A DNA stretch of 27,657 nt from Nitrospirota bacterium (GTDB lineage: Bacteria > Nitrospirota > UBA9217): the NCBI GenBank assembly GCA_963749655.1, contig CAVVOB010000004.1:1-27657 (forward strand). Reading direction: 5' to 3'. The notes below the pieces were generated by a model. It worked only from the letters and a program-made list of their open reading frames with translations. It was not told the DNA's origin and searched no databases. This document shows, piece by piece, positions 8,733 to 16,622 of the stretch. Numbering within the stretch: position 1 is the first letter of the stretch; the number at the start of each line of letters is the position of its first letter. Position numbers and translations under genes: made by a program.

Positions 8733-9404
8733 ATGAAGCGGCATATCGAGGATCGGATTCGGAAAGAACAGCGCAAGGAAGAGCTTGTCCCCATAAAGAC
8801 CGTTTGGGGAGAGTCAAAGGCCTGGGATGCGCTCGAAGTCCTGCTGCCGAAGGAGGTCTGCTCCGACGCCGGGGTTTCCTTCGACGAGGCTGCCCGCTCA
8901 TATGTCATCCATTCCTTTGGCCGTGAATTCATGGTAACCCCGGGGACCCGCGCGATCACGAGCAGCGACCCCCGGGCAGCGGTGTTTCTCGACCGGTACA
9001 AGGACTTCTTCCGACTCTCGGTCCTCGGCTACCTCGCCAGCGCCAAGAACATCCCGCCTACCAACAGACTCATCAGGCCGATCGACGTGAAAGGCGGGCA
9101 GCGATTCTTCGCAGGGACCCACGTGCTTCCGCTGGACCGGATCGAGGAGCGGTTCGGCCGCGACAAGAATGCTTTTATCGAACGGGGCCTCGGGTTCAAT
9201 GCGGAGATCTTCAGGGCCGGCGACGCGGCGATCCACCTGCACCCGCTGCCCCGCGTGCCGGTGACGATCATCCTGTGGCTGCAGGACGAGGAGTATCCCG
9301 CGCGAGTGACGCTTTTCTTCGATTCAACCGTTGATTTTCAGCTCTCCTTGTCCGATATCGTCTGGTCCGTTGCCATGCTTTCAGCGCTCGTCATGGGAGA
9401 GTAG
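8733..9404 (+). CDS. DUF3786 domain-containing protein
   Basis: LGYL, GGQRFFAG, GDAAIHLHPLPRVPVTIILWLQDEEYPARVTLFFDS. Confidence 0.85.
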   Translation: MKRHIEDRIRKEQRKEELVPIKTVWGESKAWDALEVLLPKEVCSDAGVSFDEAARSYVIHSFGREFMVTPGTRAITSSDPRAAVFLDRYKDFFRLSVLGYLASAKNIPPTNRLIRPIDVKGGQRFFAGTHVLPLDRIEERFGRDKNAFIERGLGFNAEIFRAGDAAIHLHPLPRVPVTIILWLQDEEYPARVTLFFDSTVDFQLSLSDIVWSVAMLSALVMGE

Positions 9405-9414
9405 TAGTCAAAGG

Positions 9415-9592
9415 GGCGGAATGCGGAATTCACCCTGCATTACGTGCAACCGTACTCGTAACCGCTGGGCGCAGGCGGAATGCGGAATAATTACCGTGAG
9501 GATCCAGCAGCAAGTAGCCGGGAATACACAGAACAAGCTGAAATCTGACCGCTGAATACTGATTGCTCTTTACTGCCAGCTGACCGCTGAAC
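9415..9592 (+). repeat. Composite heptamer repeat A-B-C carrying a 44-bp hairpin insert between 15-bp direct repeats
   Basis: GGCGGAATGCGGAAT at 9415-9429 and 9474-9488; then B (GGATCCA GCAGCAA GTAGCCG) and C (GCTGAAA TCTGACC GCTGAAT ACTGATT). Confidence 0.85.
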
Positions 9593-9601
9593 CAAGGACT
9601 C

Positions 9602-9907
9602 ATGAAAAAACCATTTTATACCTGGGATGGGGATACGCTGGTGCTCAATATTCTCGGCACTCCCAATGCGAAGCGGGACGCCATCGGTAAGGTCAAGGGG
9701 CATCAGCTCTGTGTCAGCGTTACAGCTGTACCCCGCGCCGGACGGGCAACCGATCACATGGTGCGCTTTCTGGCTGAAGAATTCGGGGTCACGGCCAGCG
9801 ATATTCAGGTCGTCTTCGGCCGGATGAATGTAAACAAACAGCTGCGGATCAAGGCACCAAAGCGGTTGCCCTCATTCATAGCCCAGCAGGAACTACTGAA
9901 TATATAG
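9602..9907 (+). CDS. DUF167 (YggU/UPF0235) family protein
   Basis: PNAKRDAIG, LCVSVTAVPRAGRATDHMVRFLAEEFGV, VVFGRMNVNKQLRI. Confidence 0.9.
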   Translation: MKKPFYTWDGDTLVLNILGTPNAKRDAIGKVKGHQLCVSVTAVPRAGRATDHMVRFLAEEFGVTASDIQVVFGRMNVNKQLRIKAPKRLPSFIAQQELLNI

Positions 9908-9990
9908 CGGCGAGCCGGTTTGAATTGCGGATTGCAACACTGCTTTTGAAAACTCTGGACCTGAAATCCATGAATCACGGAGGAAACTTT

Positions 9991-10296
9991 ATGAAGACCT
10001 TGGCGAACATCCTTCTCGGCACCTGGCTGGTCCTGACAGGCCTGCACCATCTCGGCGGCGTTTCCTTTCCGAAAAGCGGGATCATCATAGCCGTACTCGG
10101 GATCGTGGTCGGCATTCTGTTCTTCTTCGCGGACAGCAGCGAGAAGTTCGGCAAGCAGATAAGCAGTATCCTCCTGGGGACCTGGCTGGTTGCAGGCGGC
10201 CTGGTGTCGCTATTCCACCTCAGCTTCAGTGGGAGCGGCATCATTCTCGCGGCGCTCGCCGTGGCAGCGGGCGTCCTGGTCCTCATCGTTCGCTGA
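9991..10296 (+). CDS. Small integral membrane protein with internal two-fold repeat
   Basis: GGAGG RBS; ILLGTWLV..GL.....SF..SGII.A.L occurs twice. Confidence 0.75.
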   Translation: MKTLANILLGTWLVLTGLHHLGGVSFPKSGIIIAVLGIVVGILFFFADSSEKFGKQISSILLGTWLVAGGLVSLFHLSFSGSGIILAALAVAAGVLVLIVR

Positions 10297-10311
10297 TCAA
10301 TGTCCAGTTAT

Positions 10312-10339
10312 TGAAACCTGGACCCTGAACCCTAGACCC
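10312..10339 (-). repeat. Inverted heptamer block B
   Basis: TGAAACC TGGACCC TGAACCC TAGACCC on +. Confidence 0.75.
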
Positions 10340-10603
10340 TTTTTTACCTTATCCTTCTATCTTTCGATAATGATCTTTTCGACCCTGGAGCTGTCGTTTT
10401 TGAAATACGATTGATAGCGCGCGGCCAATCGTTCAGTGTTCGCTTTCGGAGAGGAGGCCCGCCTCCTTGACCCTGGCGAGAAGGTCAAGTTTGGCCTGCA
10501 GTTTTTCCTTAGCTATCATATAAAAACGGTCAAAAAGTTCTTTTCCTTAGAAAAAAAAGGGATACAATGTCGAGCGTGCAAACCTGGTGGGGATAAACCG
10601 AAC

Positions 10604-10981
10604 ATGAACTGGAAAATAACCGATGCGCGCCGTTTCTGGAACCTGATCAGCGCTGTTATCCTGCTGTTGGGTATGGGCAGTGCGATCGCAATTTATGCGA
10701 CAGCACCTGCTGAATCAGACGACGCCCAGGGGTACAGAATCGTCGGCGGCAAGATGTATCCGGTGGTGCCGACCAAGATGTATGTTCGGAATCTGGAGCT
10801 CTACGGCGACAAGGGGCTTGTACTTTACGATGACATGACCCGCTGGTTCGACGAACGATGGCACGGGAAAGCGCTCGGCGTTACAATCGCCTGGATAAGT
10901 GTCTTTACCGCGGCTGTCATTTATTTTTTTAACAATTATGTGACCTTTGAGGACGACGAGGGAGATAGTCTGGGAAATTGA
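10604..10981 (+). CDS. Hypothetical membrane protein (2 TM)
   Basis: Hydrophobic N- and C-terminal segments around KMYVRNLELYGDKG...WFDERWHGKALGVT. Confidence 0.7.
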   Translation: MNWKITDARRFWNLISAVILLLGMGSAIAIYATAPAESDDAQGYRIVGGKMYPVVPTKMYVRNLELYGDKGLVLYDDMTRWFDERWHGKALGVTIAWISVFTAAVIYFFNNYVTFEDDEGDSLGN

Positions 10982-10992
10982 CTGGCTGGTCA

Positions 10993-11122
10993 ATTGCGGA
11001 TTGCGGAATGGTTAAACTCGGGGCCAGCAGCACCGGGCCGGTAATGCAATCGCGGATTGAGGATTTCGACTCGAAACGCAAAACTTAAAACCCAAACTTG
11101 GGACCTAAAACTTACAACCTGA
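10993..11122 (+). repeat. Composite heptamer repeat A-B-A plus AAAACYT block
   Basis: ATTGCGG ATTGCGG AATG; GGGGCCA GCAGCAC; ATCGCGG ATTGAGG ATTTCGA; AAAACTT AAAACCC AAACTT GGGACCT AAAACTT ACAACCT. Confidence 0.8.
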
Positions 11123-11287
11123 AGCACGAGGCACATAATTTCTCTTCCAGAATGCCCTCAAAAAACACCTTGAAAATCTCACCATCCTGTGTAATAATTT
11201 TGGTAGTTACATAAAAATTTTGTACATGCTTTTTCCGTACCTCCGTAAGAACCCGGCCCACTCCACCCTGTAAAGGACTTATCGGCG

Positions 11288-12922
11288 ATGAACGAAAAAC
11301 AAGACAGAACCGTCGATCCGATGCGGGAGCAGACGTCCCTGCAAGAGCGGGTGCGTACACTTGAAGCCGAGCTGGCGGAGCAAAAGCGGCTCATCGATAT
11401 GCTCAAGGAGGGCGAGGAGCGGTTTCGGATCATGTTCGAGTCCGCGCCCGACGCCTACTATCTGAACGACCTCAAGGGCGTGTTCCTGAACGGGAACCGG
11501 GCCGCCGAGGAGCTGATCGGCTACCAGCGGGCGGAGCTGATCGGGAAAAGCTACCTTACCCAGAACATTCTTCCGCTGAAAGAGCTGCTCAAGGCCGCAA
11601 AGCTCCTCGCCCGGAATGCGCTCGGCATGCGAACGGGGCCCGATCTGTTCACGCTCATCAGGAAAGACGGAGCTCCGGTACAGGTCGAGATCAGCACCAC
11701 GCCGGTGAAGCTGCAGGGGAGGACGGTGATCCTCGGGATAGCGCGCAACGTCACCGACAGGCTGCGCGCCGAAGCGGAGCAGCGGAGCCTTCAGGCCCAG
11801 CTCCTGCAGGCACAGAAAATGGAGGCCGTTGGCCAGCTGACCGGCGGCATAGCCCATGACTTCAACAACGTGATCACGGCGGTCAAACTGTACGGGGAGC
11901 TCGGGCTTATGCAGCATGCCGCCGGCAAGCCGTTGAAGCCCGCTGTCGAGCGCATCCTCGGCGTTGCCGACAAGGCCTCGAACCTCGTCAAAGGCCTTCT
12001 CGCGTTCAGCAGGAAGCCCGAGCCTGAGCGGCGGCTCTGCGATATGAACGACATCACCGTGGACATCAGATACATCCTCTCCCGCGTCCTCGGCGACGAC
12101 ATCCAGCTCGATATCGCTCTGACCGGGAAGGATGTGTCCCTTATCGCCGATCCCACGGAGCTTGAGCAGGTCCTGATCAATCTCGGCACCAATGCCCGTG
12201 ACGCCATGCCCGAGGGAGGGCGGATCGCCATCGAGACCGGTCTGATCACGATCGATACAACAGCGGGCGGCGAAAACGAAATTCCGCGCGGGTCCTACGT
12301 CACGGTGGTGTTCGCCGACACCGGCATCGGCATGGACCGGAAGATCCAGAACCGCATCTTCGAGCCGTTCTTTACAACAAAGGCGGGCAAGGGGACCGGG
12401 CTGGGTCTCGCCATCGTGAAGAGGATCGTGGCCCAACACGGAGGATTCATCAAGGTCGAGAGTGCGCCGGGAAAAGGAACCCGGTTCACGCTCTATTTTC
12501 CCCGGCAGAAGCAGGCGTCGCAGGCGCCGGCCGTGAAGGACTCGGAAGAAACGCTCAGAGGGGGCTCGGAAACGATCCTGCTGGCGGAAGATGATGCTGA
12601 CGTCAGAAGTCCCGCACACGACATCCTGGAGCGCTTCGGCTACACCGTGATCGAGGCTGCGGACGGCAGGCAGGCACGGGGCATCCTGCAGACGCGCGCC
12701 AATCAGATCGATCTTATCGTGACCGACCTGATCATGCCGAACGGAAGCGGTGAGGAACTGCTCCTTGAAGCGCGCAGGACCAGGCGGCCGCTTCCTGCGC
12801 TCATCATTACCGGCGATCCCGGCCGCGGGGCAGGATGCCGTGAGCCGAACATCATGGCAAAGCCCTTTTCCCCGTCAGACCTGATCAGAAGGGTGCGGGA
12901 GATCCTAGATGGACGGGGATGA
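11288..12922 (+). CDS. Hybrid PAS sensor histidine kinase / response regulator
   Basis: PAS (FESAPDA..LND..G); H-box GGIAHDFNN; N-box LINLGTNARDAM; DTGIGMD, FEPFFTTK, GTGLGL; receiver LAEDD, TDLIMP, KPF. Confidence 0.95.
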   Translation: MNEKQDRTVDPMREQTSLQERVRTLEAELAEQKRLIDMLKEGEERFRIMFESAPDAYYLNDLKGVFLNGNRAAEELIGYQRAELIGKSYLTQNILPLKELLKAAKLLARNALGMRTGPDLFTLIRKDGAPVQVEISTTPVKLQGRTVILGIARNVTDRLRAEAEQRSLQAQLLQAQKMEAVGQLTGGIAHDFNNVITAVKLYGELGLMQHAAGKPLKPAVERILGVADKASNLVKGLLAFSRKPEPERRLCDMNDITVDIRYILSRVLGDDIQLDIALTGKDVSLIADPTELEQVLINLGTNARDAMPEGGRIAIETGLITIDTTAGGENEIPRGSYVTVVFADTGIGMDRKIQNRIFEPFFTTKAGKGTGLGLAIVKRIVAQHGGFIKVESAPGKGTRFTLYFPRQKQASQAPAVKDSEETLRGGSETILLAEDDADVRSPAHDILERFGYTVIEAADGRQARGILQTRANQIDLIVTDLIMPNGSGEELLLEARRTRRPLPALIITGDPGRGAGCREPNIMAKPFSPSDLIRRVREILDGRG

Positions 12923-12923
12923 T

Positions 12924-13028
12924 ATTGCGGATCGGTCTCAATGCGGAACGATCATAATGCGGAATTCGAAATTCGAAATGGTATAGTCAAACAGCCGGGG
13001 TCCGGTAGCAGGGGCAAAGGTTGTAATT
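12924..13028 (+). repeat. Composite heptamer repeat A-B
   Basis: ATTGCGG..AATGCGG..AATGCGG AATTCGA AATTCGA AATGG; ACAGCCG GGGTCCG GTAGCAG; ends GGTTGTAATT as at 6264-6273. Confidence 0.8.
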
Positions 13029-13101
13029 GCCAATTGGTTTACGACCAGCCGATTTCGAAAACAAAAGAGAAGGCCTGCTTCCCCTAGCAGAACTATACTG
13101 T

Positions 13102-13130
13102 TAGACTTTCTTCTCTTTCTTTGATATTCT
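13102..13130 (+). promoter_or_regulatory. Sigma-70-type promoter
   Basis: TAGACT-N17-TATTCT with TGn extension, same layout as 6355-6383. Confidence 0.5.
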
Positions 13131-13173
13131 CTCCTCAAGTTGTTCACGACACTTCATCCCAGGGAACCCTTAC

Positions 13174-14295
13174 ATGACTGAAAAAAAAGATATCGACCGT
13201 TATCTCGCCAACTGGAAGGAAGAACAAAGCAGCGCGGCGCTCTACCGGGTCATGGCGGAGCAGGAAAAAAATCCGCAGATCGCAGAAGTATTCCGGAAGC
13301 TTGCGCAGACCGAAGACCGCCATGCGGAGTCATGGGAGAAACGGCTGAAAGAAGCGGGGGCCGCGGTGCCGCAGTTCCGGCTTTCGTTCAGGACGGGGCT
13401 TTTAATATGGCTTGTCCGCCGGTTCGGGGTCACTACCGTGGTCCCGACGCTGGTGAAGCAGGAGGTGAAGGGGGCAGGCGATTACAGCACCCAGCCTGAA
13501 GCCGCAGACATGGTCCGGACGGAAAAAAACCATGCCCTGGTGCTTCAGCAGATCGAGAAGACGACCGGCGGGATGGAAGGGAGCGTTCTTGCCAGGCTCG
13601 AAGGCCGCCACCGGACCGCCGGCGGCAACGCGCTTCGCGCCGCTGTCCTGGGAGCAAGCGACGGACTGATCTCGAACTTCAACCTTGTCATGGGCGTGGC
13701 AGGAGCGGAGCTTTCGAACGCGAATATCCTGCTCACCGGCTTTGCAGGACTGCTCGCCGGCGCGATCTCCATGGCGCTGGGAGAATGGATCTCGGTCAAG
13801 AGCTCCCGCGAACTGTATGAGAAGCAGATCCAGACGGAAAAGGAAGAGATCGAGACGAATCCGGAAGAAGAGGTCGAGGAACTGGTCCTGATCTACCAGG
13901 CCCGGGGCATGGACGAGTCGAGCGCTCGCGGCCTTGCCGAAAGGCTCATGAGCAATCCCGGGACGGCACTCGATACGCTGGCCAGGGACGAACTGGGGAT
14001 CGATCCCGAAGAGCTCGGGGGATCTGCCTGGGAAGCGGCAATAACGTCCTTTCTTCTTTTTGCGGTGGGAGCGGTCATGCCGGTCGTGCCCTTCCTCCTT
14101 CTGTCCGGGACACCGGCGATTGTTGTCAGCGCAGGCGTGAGCGCCTGCGGTCTCTTCGCGATCGGCGCGGCCATTACCCTGTTTACCGGAAGATCGGTTC
14201 TCTATTCCGGGCTCCGGCAGGTGTTCTTCGGCCTTGCGGCCGCGGCTGCTGTGTTTCTGATAGGACATGCGATCGGAGCGAAAGCAGCAGGATAA
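13174..14295 (+). CDS. VIT1/CCC1 transporter with N-terminal rubrerythrin/ferritin-like domain
   Basis: EEQSSAALY..EDRH..EKNH di-iron-type motifs; GNALRAAVLGASDGL, GLLAGAISMALGEWISV, RDELGIDP. Confidence 0.92.
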   Translation: MTEKKDIDRYLANWKEEQSSAALYRVMAEQEKNPQIAEVFRKLAQTEDRHAESWEKRLKEAGAAVPQFRLSFRTGLLIWLVRRFGVTTVVPTLVKQEVKGAGDYSTQPEAADMVRTEKNHALVLQQIEKTTGGMEGSVLARLEGRHRTAGGNALRAAVLGASDGLISNFNLVMGVAGAELSNANILLTGFAGLLAGAISMALGEWISVKSSRELYEKQIQTEKEEIETNPEEEVEELVLIYQARGMDESSARGLAERLMSNPGTALDTLARDELGIDPEELGGSAWEAAITSFLLFAVGAVMPVVPFLLLSGTPAIVVSAGVSACGLFAIGAAITLFTGRSVLYSGLRQVFFGLAAAAAVFLIGHAIGAKAAG

Positions 14296-14298
14296 AAA

Positions 14299-14360
14299 AT
14301 TGCGGATTGCGAATTGCGGATTGCGAATTTGAAACACGCTGAAACCTGATCGCTGACAGC
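14299..14360 (+). repeat. Composite heptamer repeat A-C, least degenerate A block
   Basis: (ATTGCGG ATTGCGA)x2 ATTT GAAACAC GCTGAAA CCTGATC GCTGACA GC, starting 4 nt after the stop. Confidence 0.9.
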
Positions 14361-14388
14361 TGCGCCAGAGAGATGAAGCAGGAACAAA

Positions 14389-14520
14389 ATGAAAAAATCT
14401 GCACTGGCCTGCGGACAATCGATGAATGACTGCGTCTGCTGCGAGACATGCAGCCATGTCTGTCCCCGCGACCATGGTGAAACCTGGTGTCCGGTATGCT
14501 TTCCTGAGCCGGCGGAGTGA
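14389..14520 (+). CDS. Small Cys-rich protein, 43 aa, not in the ORF track
   Basis: MKKSALACGQSMNDCVCCETCSHVCPRDHGETWCPVCFPEPAE (8 Cys, 2 His); AGGA upstream. Confidence 0.55.
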   Translation: MKKSALACGQSMNDCVCCETCSHVCPRDHGETWCPVCFPEPAE

Positions 14521-14832
14521 TTTCAATTGTGCCACCTGCGTTATCTGTGGAAAAAATTCTTTCAGGACTCCCTCCTCACAGATCATCCGAAGCAGTTTCC
14601 TTCAATAAGAAAGAATCATTCAGAAGTAACAATTAAGATGCAGGAAAGAAGGCGTAAGTATTAAATAAAAGGCCAGAAGCTGGAAGGTAGAAACCCGAAG
14701 AAGAAAAAGAAGCATTCAATCAGGGTTCATTGCAGTGTATGCGCAGGGCTGAACAAGAGGGGCGTGATATACTTAGAACATTACGGGAAAGAGCATCTTC
14801 CCGGCTGCTTCGACAGCACCAGGAGATTCCCC

Positions 14833-15321
14833 ATGAAGACACTTACTCACTTACTTCTGTTGGTTTTCGTCCTCGGTCTTGCCTTTGCATTGCCCGATAC
14901 AAGCCGCGCGAGCATGGGCGGTGGCGGCGGATCATTTGCAGCCCCTGCAGATCCCGACTTGGAGCATGCGAAAAGCGCGATCAAGGACAAGAGCTGGGAC
15001 AAAGCAATCGAATTGCTGAACAAAGCGGTCCTGCGCGATCCCAAGAACGCCGAGATCCACAACCTGCTCGGTTTTGCCGAACGCAATCGCGGCAATCTCG
15101 ACGCTGCTTTCAAGCATTACGAAGTTGCGCTTTCGCTCGACCCCAAGCATCGGGGCGCACACGAGTACATCGGCGAGGCCTATCTGATGGCCGGCAATCT
15201 TGCCAAGGCCGAAGAGCATCTGGCCAAACTGGACAAGCTTTGCTTCTTCCCCTGCGAGGAATACAGCGACCTCAAGGAAGCCATAGCAAAGTACAAACAG
15301 CAGCATCAGGCCCTGAAGTAA
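14833..15321 (+). CDS. Exported tetratricopeptide repeat protein
   Basis: AGGAG RBS; signal peptide; DPKNAEIHNLLGFA, ALSLDPKHRGAHEYIGEAYL. Confidence 0.88.
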   Translation: MKTLTHLLLLVFVLGLAFALPDTSRASMGGGGGSFAAPADPDLEHAKSAIKDKSWDKAIELLNKAVLRDPKNAEIHNLLGFAERNRGNLDAAFKHYEVALSLDPKHRGAHEYIGEAYLMAGNLAKAEEHLAKLDKLCFFPCEEYSDLKEAIAKYKQQHQALK

Positions 15322-15360
15322 CAGACGGCAGCGGAACGTCGTCAAAGGAGGACCACATTC

Positions 15361-16014
15361 ATGCCTGTTACCCGCATTGTATTCCGTATCGCACTGGCTG
15401 CCGCGCTGCTGGTACTCTTGCAGACCTCGCCAGGTGCGGCTGATCAGGCGGATTTCAGCATCGACAAAGCCAGGACGGCGCTCTTGATCATGGACTATCA
15501 AAACGATATCGTCAACATCCTCCCGGAAAAAGACAGGGCGCCGCTGCTGGAAAAAGCAGCAGCTATTCTGAAGGAAGCGCGCACGGCAGGACTTCCGGTT
15601 ATCTACGTGGTCGTGCGGTTCCGGGATGGCTATCCCGAGATCAGTCCTCAAAACAGGCTGTTCAGCGGCCTCAAAGGCACCGGCAGGCTCGGAGAGGGAA
15701 CTCCCGGCGCCGAGATCCACGCAAAGGTCGCGCCGCAGCCCGGCGACATTGTGGTCACGAAGCGGCGCGTCGGCGCCTTTTCGACCACTGATCTGGAAAC
15801 CATCCTGCATGCGAAGAACATCGACACGCTTTCCCTCTTCGGCATCGCAACGAGCGGGGTCGTCCTGTCAACGGTCCGGTGGGCCGCTGACATGGACTAC
15901 CGTCTCGTGGTCATCGGCGATACCTGTGCCGACCGGAGCGAGGAGGTCCATCGCGTTTTGATCGAAAAGGTCTTTCCCGGACAGGCTACCGTCGTATCAA
16001 CGCAGGATTTTTAA
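15361..16014 (+). CDS. Isochorismatase / cysteine hydrolase family protein
   Basis: TALLIMDYQND, VVTKRRVGAFSTTDL, GIATSGVVLSTVRWAADMDY. Confidence 0.9.
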   Translation: MPVTRIVFRIALAAALLVLLQTSPGAADQADFSIDKARTALLIMDYQNDIVNILPEKDRAPLLEKAAAILKEARTAGLPVIYVVVRFRDGYPEISPQNRLFSGLKGTGRLGEGTPGAEIHAKVAPQPGDIVVTKRRVGAFSTTDLETILHAKNIDTLSLFGIATSGVVLSTVRWAADMDYRLVVIGDTCADRSEEVHRVLIEKVFPGQATVVSTQDF

Positions 16015-16108
16015 AAAGCCCTCAAGGACACCCATCCCGGCGAAGAAGGGAAATATTAAGTGGTATAATGACCACATGTGTACAATTCAGGTGCCCAAAG
16101 GAGACGCA

Positions 16109-16243
16109 ATGGGAGACAAAGGCGGCAAGAAGAACAAGGAAAAGAGCCAGAAGCAGAAAACAATGAAGCATGAGCACGAAATGCAGCAGCACAAGGACAA
16201 AGAGCAGAAGAGCTCGTTTCCTGCAGCCACTCCGCGACCGTAA
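16109..16243 (+). CDS. Small Lys/Gln-rich protein, 44 aa, not in the ORF track
   Basis: AAAGGAG RBS and TGGTATAAT extended -10 at 16061-16069; MGDKGGKKNKEKSQKQKTMKHEHEMQQHKDKEQKSSFPAATPRP. Confidence 0.7.
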   Translation: MGDKGGKKNKEKSQKQKTMKHEHEMQQHKDKEQKSSFPAATPRP

Positions 16244-16307
16244 GACATCAGGCTGCAACTGCAAGGATCCACCATCTCTCAACGGGGAATAGTATTCTTT
16301 GGAGATG

Positions 16308-16412
16308 CCGCAGAGTGCTCAGAAAATACTCTGATCGCAGCTGCTGTCTCCGCTGAAGGAACGAATCACTAATCCAACCTGAATTCATCGGTGTCCTCCG
16401 CGTACTCTGCGG
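16308..16412. repeat. Short element with 9-nt-periodic inverted arms
   Basis: CCGCAGAGT (16308-16316) and ACTCTGCGG (16404-16412); right arm ATCGGTGTC CTCCGCGTA CTCTGCGG. Confidence 0.55.
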
Positions 16413-16622
16413 AAAATTTTGGAGACGTCCTAAGGTCAGGTCTCTCCTGTCTCCTTCCCTATTGCCTGCCTCTCCGAGTAGAGGGTTCCCGTTGACAATC
16501 GCACTTGTATTAACACTGTTCGCCATGGGATAATATCTCCGTGGCCATTCTTACGCGTAACGCATCGCGGGATCGACTCATCAGCCTTTCGACAAAATGT
16601 CCGATGAGCCCGGGAGGACGTT

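Noticed and set aside
11279-12619. 446-aa minus-strand ORF
   Set aside because: Antisense shadow of the clearly conserved hybrid kinase; typical of GC-rich codon bias.
13402-14586. 394-aa minus-strand ORF
   Set aside because: Overlaps VIT1 antisense and reads through the heptamer repeat (IRNPQFAIRN), a repeat translation artefact.
5970-14700. Classical integron or CRISPR interpretation of the repeated spacers
   Set aside because: No RYYYAAC...GTTRRRY attC folds recognised and no integrase or cas gene. The repeats are degenerate and separated by whole genes, not 30-40 bp spacers.
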